Below are positions 56,388-61,305 of a stretch of 61,305 nucleotides of DNA, in pieces (positions within the stretch are counted from its first letter, which is position 1; the number at the start of each line of letters is the position of its first letter). A model generated the notes under the pieces. It had not been told where the DNA came from. It saw only the letters and a program-made list of their open reading frames with translations, and did not search any database. The position numbers were made by a program, and so were the translations under genes. The stretch is from a virus. Taxonomy: Duplodnaviria > Caudoviricetes. The stretch is taken from positions 1-61,305 of the IMG/VR virus record IMGVR_UViG_3300037296_000138. The stretch is one strand, 5' to 3'.

Positions 56388-58625
56388 TCAGAGGTTCATT
56401 GCAGGGTTCAGAGCTGGATCTTGGCGTGGGTCGAATTGCTGAGATCCAATGTTCTGGGCGGCGGGTTGTGGTTGTGGGCGCTGGCGCGGTGCATCCAGCA
56501 TCTTGCTGAGTTCGTTATATCCAACAGCAGCTTCGACATTAGGACGCCCTTCACCAACCTTGTTCGGCTTCAGAATTCCCTTGGTCACTTCAAGGGACTG
56601 GTTACCTTTTGCCTGAGCAGCTTGCTTTTGCAAGTCCCGTTCGTGATTAACACCAGTCGATTCATTCTGAGCTTGCACAGATTTCATATCTGCATCGGCC
56701 TGAGCTTCCATCGTTTTGGCAGCATTCAATTCAACTTCAGACTGTAGCTTGGCCAATTCGGCTTGCTTGATCTGCAGTTCCAACTGCTTCATCTGCTCAA
56801 CCATTGGATCAGGCTGTGGCTCGAAACGAATGATCTGTTCAGCCAATGTAGGCATGCGCTTCAAACGAGCAATCTCGGATAGAATCATGCGGCTCATGGA
56901 TGGATCCATATTTGGACCCATGGTCTGAAGCATGAATCCTAGATCCTTGGCTTTCTGCTCATCGACTTCGGCAGTCGCAATATCGACCTGCAGGTCAAAG
57001 TTACCTTTCAGATCTTCACGACGGACCTTCACGAATTTCTTGTTCGTGACCCGGATAGTTTCCTCTTCGGAGAAGAACAGGGCATTCATGGCCATGATCT
57101 TATTACCGATGTCCGTCATGCCTTTGGCCAGACGGCGCAGGATGTTCATCTCACGCTTGGAGGAGGCATCCAGCACACCGCGAATACCGGCCGCCACATC
57201 ACCATAGGCTTCCCCAGACACACCGCCGGCAAAGCTTTTCACACCTGTGAGAGCCTCTGCTTCTTGGTTCTGGAGCTGCAGCATGGTCAGTGCCGAGTTC
57301 GGGATCTCAGGATACTGGTGCATGAACGTCATGACCCGTGGGTCTTGACCAGGGTTATATTCGTAGTCCTGGCCGTTCTCAAACTTGCGTCGGTTGGTGA
57401 CGTCCATGAAGCCCTTGGCAAAGCCGGTCTGAGAGTTCGCAGAGCGAGCCATCAGGTCGATCATACCGCGGGTGACAGCACCCAGGATCTTCTGGTTATC
57501 TTCCAGAATCTCTGCGTCCGGCTCACCGAAGACTTCCCGCTTCTTGGGCAGGTAGTTGACCACGACGAACGGAGGCTTCTCATCCGGGTAGGGGGACTCC
57601 TCCATCCGAACCAACACGTTACCGATCCAGGTAGCGGAGATTGGCTTCAGGATGTCGTCCCCGTCGATGTCATGCCAGCCCCAGTATTCGTAGGCCACGA
57701 CCTTCTTCTTCAGCTCGTCACGTCGCTCGAAGTCACTGGGTGTCTCGGTGGCATGGTCAGGTTGAGCCAACACAGACTGGGAGGACCAGAGCACTTGGTC
57801 GAGGTTCGTATACCGTCCGTCCTTGATCAGCTCCGCTTTGGAGGTCTCATAGGAAACGATAATGAAGCCAGCCTTCTCGTAGTCGCCCTCGCACGAAGGG
57901 TCGATGAAGACGTTGTCCGGATGCATGATCTGGATCGTTGGCTTGTTCTCAGTGATCCGCTCTTCTTCGACTTCTTCCTCGCCGCTCTGCTGGGCGATGA
58001 CAGGTACGCCCTTCTCGATCGAGTATTCCACCGCGGCACGGATGTCAGGCAGCAGGTCCAGATAGGCGTTGGGGTTGGTCTCTTTCAACTCCATCGCATC
58101 CTGGATCATCTTCATCTCTTCATCGGATTCGATCTCGAGATAATCGTAGATAGGCTGGATGATCTTATCCATGACCGTCGTGCGTTTCCAGCCAAGACGC
58201 ACAATGCATGTGCCCTCGTCGACTGTGGTGCGGACAAATTCGTCGATGAATTTGACCTTGTTAATCTTGGTGTTGAACTGCCAATTCAGGACCAGCTCGT
58301 TCTGCTTTGAAGCTTCGTCGTCTTCAAATGTAGTTGGCGAGACTTCGAATAGCTTTTCGGAACCAAGGAAGGGCTCAGACAAAGCCGAATACCGCCACTC
58401 AGCCTGGCGCCGAATGAGCTTGGGCTGGACAGAGGACCGGCCCTTGGTTTTCTTCGGCTTGGAGGCACCATCTACATTCCGAAGATTGTTCCAGCGAGTA
58501 ATCTGAGCGATCTGCGCATCGTGGGATGGCTTCGTAGCATCAAGATCGGCTTTGAGATCCAACAGAGTTGGTTCCTTTTTCCACTCTGTCAGCGGCTTGT
58601 CTTGAAGCGTCTTGATCTCATTCAT
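56388..58625 (-). CDS. Portal protein (N4 gp59-like)
   Basis: W.KEP....LK.D, QPKLIRRQAEWRYSALSEPFL, AEALTGVKSF. Confidence 0.95.
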   Translation of the reverse strand: MNEIKTLQDKPLTEWKKEPTLLDLKADLDATKPSHDAQIAQITRWNNLRNVDGASKPKKTKGRSSVQPKLIRRQAEWRYSALSEPFLGSEKLFEVSPTTFEDDEASKQNELVLNWQFNTKINKVKFIDEFVRTTVDEGTCIVRLGWKRTTVMDKIIQPIYDYLEIESDEEMKMIQDAMELKETNPNAYLDLLPDIRAAVEYSIEKGVPVIAQQSGEEEVEEERITENKPTIQIMHPDNVFIDPSCEGDYEKAGFIIVSYETSKAELIKDGRYTNLDQVLWSSQSVLAQPDHATETPSDFERRDELKKKVVAYEYWGWHDIDGDDILKPISATWIGNVLVRMEESPYPDEKPPFVVVNYLPKKREVFGEPDAEILEDNQKILGAVTRGMIDLMARSANSQTGFAKGFMDVTNRRKFENGQDYEYNPGQDPRVMTFMHQYPEIPNSALTMLQLQNQEAEALTGVKSFAGGVSGEAYGDVAAGIRGVLDASSKREMNILRRLAKGMTDIGNKIMAMNALFFSEEETIRVTNKKFVKVRREDLKGNFDLQVDIATAEVDEQKAKDLGFMLQTMGPNMDPSMSRMILSEIARLKRMPTLAEQIIRFEPQPDPMVEQMKQLELQIKQAELAKLQSEVELNAAKTMEAQADADMKSVQAQNESTGVNHERDLQKQAAQAKGNQSLEVTKGILKPNKVGEGRPNVEAAVGYNELSKMLDAPRQRPQPQPAAQNIGSQQFDPRQDPALNPAMNL

Positions 58626-58887
58626 CAGATTTACTTTCATCAGGGGCTTCGCACCGGCCGGCAGCAATGCAGATCGTCGCCAGCTTATTGTGGGCAGCCA
58701 GAAGGCTGGAGGTATTTGCTAGATAGCCATTACCTAAATCACCAACTGTATTCAATGCTCCTGAATAGACAGGCTCAGGTTCGAACACGCTATTTGGAAG
58801 GCCCTCCAACACTAGATTGGGTGTCGCGCATCCGCTCAACAGTGTTCCGAAAAACATCAGAGAGAGGAGTATCATATTCTTCAGCAT
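58618..58887 (-). CDS. o-spanin (Rz1-like lipoprotein)
   Basis: LLSGC lipobox; overlaps the 3' end of the i-spanin. Confidence 0.8.
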   Translation of the reverse strand: MLKNMILLSLMFFGTLLSGCATPNLVLEGLPNSVFEPEPVYSGALNTVGDLGNGYLANTSSLLAAHNKLATICIAAGRCEAPDESKSDE

Positions 58888-59107
58888 TGGTCAGTGCCTC
58901 CTGCAGCTGGCCTAACTGGAGGACCAGGATTTCATTTTGCTCTTGTAGATCTTCAGCCAGTTTGGCGGCGGCCTGATAAGCCTCGATCCGATTCTCTAAG
59001 CTGGTCACAGCAATAGAAAGCCCGAGGGCTTTCTGCTTGTAGAACATGGCTGCCCCTCCCAGGGCAACCACGCCTGTGAATGCTAATGCATACAGGTATT
59101 TCATCAT
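58790..59107 (-). CDS. i-spanin (Rz-like)
   Basis: N-terminal TM plus coiled coil; follows the endolysin. Confidence 0.8.
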   Translation of the reverse strand: MMKYLYALAFTGVVALGGAAMFYKQKALGLSIAVTSLENRIEAYQAAAKLAEDLQEQNEILVLQLGQLQEALTNAEEYDTPLSDVFRNTVERMRDTQSSVGGPSK

Positions 59108-59757
59108 TACATGAACTGCTTCTTCATCCGCTCACGGAGGATGTCCCCCACGATGATGGGGCTGGATACCTTGTCCATATCAGGCAGGACAGCGAAATCC
59201 CATTTACTATTCTGGGTGATGCCCAGAGTCGGCTGGATCTCAGCATGGCTCAGTGTCGAATAGCGGGACACCGGAATGTCAAAATCACGGCAGTGCTGTG
59301 CAGTCCGGGCCAGCATAGAGTCGATCATCTCCCAGTTCAGTGGGGAATCCCCCCAGCTAAATGGATAATCTTTAGCGCCACGCATAGCAGCCACAGCCTC
59401 ACCAATAGCCCCTGTATTGGCGTTGAGCGTGTGAGAAACACCGACAGAGCCAGCACGATAATCAGCTTGGTGTTCAGGACGAGCGCCACCATCGTATGAG
59501 ATACCTTGGAAGTCACTTACACCATTGTAGTAGGAAGCGATCTCAGTCGAGACCACGTAGCCCGAAGCAGTCCAGTGCCAGTGGACACGGTGCAGCCCAG
59601 AGGCGTGGAACAGCTGGCTCTCATACTTGACGCACTTGGCCGCCTTAGCAGCCAGCACAGCAGCGTCAGTGTTGCGGCCACGGATACCGTCGATGCCCTT
59701 GGGATCGAACCCCAGGGCAGCGCAGCGGGCTTGTAGGTCACGGACGGTATATCCCAT
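59107..59757 (-). CDS. Endolysin: N-terminal PG-binding domain plus N-acetylmuramoyl-L-alanine amidase
   Basis: LQ....LGF....DGI.G..T.AA; HWHWTA, SHT..N..AIG, SHAE. Confidence 0.87.
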   Translation of the reverse strand: MGYTVRDLQARCAALGFDPKGIDGIRGRNTDAAVLAAKAAKCVKYESQLFHASGLHRVHWHWTASGYVVSTEIASYYNGVSDFQGISYDGGARPEHQADYRAGSVGVSHTLNANTGAIGEAVAAMRGAKDYPFSWGDSPLNWEMIDSMLARTAQHCRDFDIPVSRYSTLSHAEIQPTLGITQNSKWDFAVLPDMDKVSSPIIVGDILRERMKKQFM

Positions 59758-60257
59758 CAGAGAAGATCCTTTTCATCAATTACTTGGAAAATGTTGCTCT
59801 GCACACACCGGCGGGCAACAGGGATATCCCAGATACCCAGCACGACTGTGTGGCAGGTGTCGATGTAGTATGAGCCCGTGTCAAAGCCTCGCGCACGAGC
59901 CTCAGCCATCTGTTTTTGTCCACCCATCCACCAGGTCAGCAGGAGAGGCTCAGGGAGCTTCTTCCCAGGGCCATAGATGAACGTGCCCTCAGAGTCAGCT
60001 GAATAGATCAGCTCACCGTTGGTGCGCCGTATATCGACTGTGAAGTAGCCCCGGAACTCCCGGAGCACTTCACGATGCACGACCATGGTAATTGGTTCAC
60101 CCACCAAATTCAGCGGAGAGACCTCGACCGTTTCAAGATGGATCCAAATACGATCCATCAAGAGGGATGGCACGAAGTAGAAAAAACAGATGAGTATAAC
60201 CATCCACGTCATCGGTGTGTTGCGGTTCGAGAGCGTTTGACGTGTCACGGTGTTCAT
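59757..60257 (-). CDS. Membrane-anchored protein in the lysis cassette
   Basis: ATGA overlap with the holin stop; one TM followed by a beta-rich domain with two Cys. Confidence 0.7.
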   Translation of the reverse strand: MNTVTRQTLSNRNTPMTWMVILICFFYFVPSLLMDRIWIHLETVEVSPLNLVGEPITMVVHREVLREFRGYFTVDIRRTNGELIYSADSEGTFIYGPGKKLPEPLLLTWWMGGQKQMAEARARGFDTGSYYIDTCHTVVLGIWDIPVARRCVQSNIFQVIDEKDLL

Positions 60258-60538
60258 TGTCCGAGCCTTTTTTGTACGAGGCCTTTCACGAAGGGCACAT
60301 CGGAAATCATTGCGGATACAGTTTCCAACGCCAGGAACCCTAGTGCTGTGACTAGGATCCCTGTGATGGTCAGACTCCAACCGATATAGGCGGTCAGATC
60401 TGGTGCGATGCTGAAGCCAAAGCCAGCGGACGCAAGCGTAATCAGGAACCGAGATTTGAAAGGCTTCTCTTCATTGCTCTGAAAAACGTAAACGGCTGCA
60501 GCCATGATGGCGACATAAAATTCGATAGGTTTGTTCAT
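60254..60538 (-). CDS. Putative holin
   Basis: 94 aa, three hydrophobic segments, basic C-terminus, upstream of the endolysin. Confidence 0.7.
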   Translation of the reverse strand: MNKPIEFYVAIMAAAVYVFQSNEEKPFKSRFLITLASAGFGFSIAPDLTAYIGWSLTITGILVTALGFLALETVSAMISDVPFVKGLVQKRLGQ

Positions 60539-60558
60539 GGTCTGCCTCAGCTACCTGA

Positions 60559-61305
60559 TTACAATACTGCCACTGAGCGAACGCCTCCGTTTACATCCTC
60601 TAGGTCATCCACTTGCCAATCTGCATCGGTAAACGGGTTGGAATCCCAGATCGTGATAACTCGGCTTTCATCCCGCGTGGTTTGGTCAAACTGGTCTTTG
60701 TTGACGCCATTCTTTCGCAGGTAGCCCTGGACCCGTAGGCCAGAGTTGTTATCCACATATCGCATAGACTGAACCAAAGCGCGAATGCCAATTGGTGAAT
60801 TAGCGCCCACATAGTCAGAAAAGTCACCAGCAATGCGTGCGTTCAACTGATCCGTGGAGATACCAGAGCCGGTATCTTCATCTGCAAGGGACTGCCATGT
60901 GCCATTCCATGTGTTCTCGGTAGCATCATCCACAGGCGACATCGTAGCCAGACGAGCACCCAACAGTGGTTCACCGTCAGACATCATCATCTCGGATATA
61001 GCAAATTCACAACTACCATCACGATGGAATGGGTGTGTGAAGCTAACTTTACCGATGTTCTTCTTACGAGTGTCTGGATAACTAAAGACATACTGTAGGA
61101 TGCCGTTAACGTAGAATTTCAGATAGTGGTTTACACCATCTTGTTTCACATTAATCGTATAAGTAACCATTTCACCTTCTGGGAAGAATCCCATGATGTT
61201 ACCACCGGTCAAGTAGCTCTGATCACTAATCTGCATCAATACGTTTGAGAAGTTTGTAGTGACGAGGAACGAAGCTAGACGAGCACCATTAACATCGTCA
61301 ATTCG
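60559..61305 (-). CDS. Tail-region structural protein, 5' truncated by the window edge
   Basis: Frame is open to 61305; beta-rich, with a C-terminal NPFT...W motif. Confidence 0.6.
   Translation of the reverse strand, partial: RIDDVNGARLASFLVTTNFSNVLMQISDQSYLTGGNIMGFFPEGEMVTYTINVKQDGVNHYLKFYVNGILQYVFSYPDTRKKNIGKVSFTHPFHRDGSCEFAISEMMMSDGEPLLGARLATMSPVDDATENTWNGTWQSLADEDTGSGISTDQLNARIAGDFSDYVGANSPIGIRALVQSMRYVDNNSGLRVQGYLRKNGVNKDQFDQTTRDESRVITIWDSNPFTDADWQVDDLEDVNGGVRSVAVL

Noticed and set aside
1-61305. Integrase, repressor, reverse transcriptase, DNA-modification cluster or stop-codon recoding
   Set aside because: No such motifs were seen, and core genes are intact under the standard code with all three stop codons used

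Overview
About 61 kb of a lytic N4-like podophage (Schitoviridae). The host is probably an alphaproteobacterium of the Rhodobacteraceae, inferred from the NrdJ and H-NS types. The + strand runs from the probable left terminus through three vRNAP-type hairpin promoters, gp1/gp2 and small early ORFs, then the split RNAP II and an accessory region. It continues through nucleotide metabolism (NrdJ, dCTP deaminase, ThyX, kinase), an AAA/vWA pair and the replication block (helicase, PolA, Cas4-like nuclease, primase, Sak4-like ATPase, SSB, RusA-like). The - strand late block encodes a roughly 3,740-aa virion RNA polymerase, ejection and structural proteins, capsid, portal, a lysis cassette and a truncated tail-region gene. 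The most unusual elements are: (i) a Gp49/Sf6-gp66 (Acb4-like sponge) domain fused to a RyR domain; (ii) an island at the usual rIIA/rIIB position encoding a TAXI-type solute-binding protein, H-NS, a candidate structured RNA and a DksA/TraR-like Zn finger; and (iii) a vRNAP carrying an extra HExxH zincin-like domain. All family calls come from motifs recognised by eye; no database search was run.
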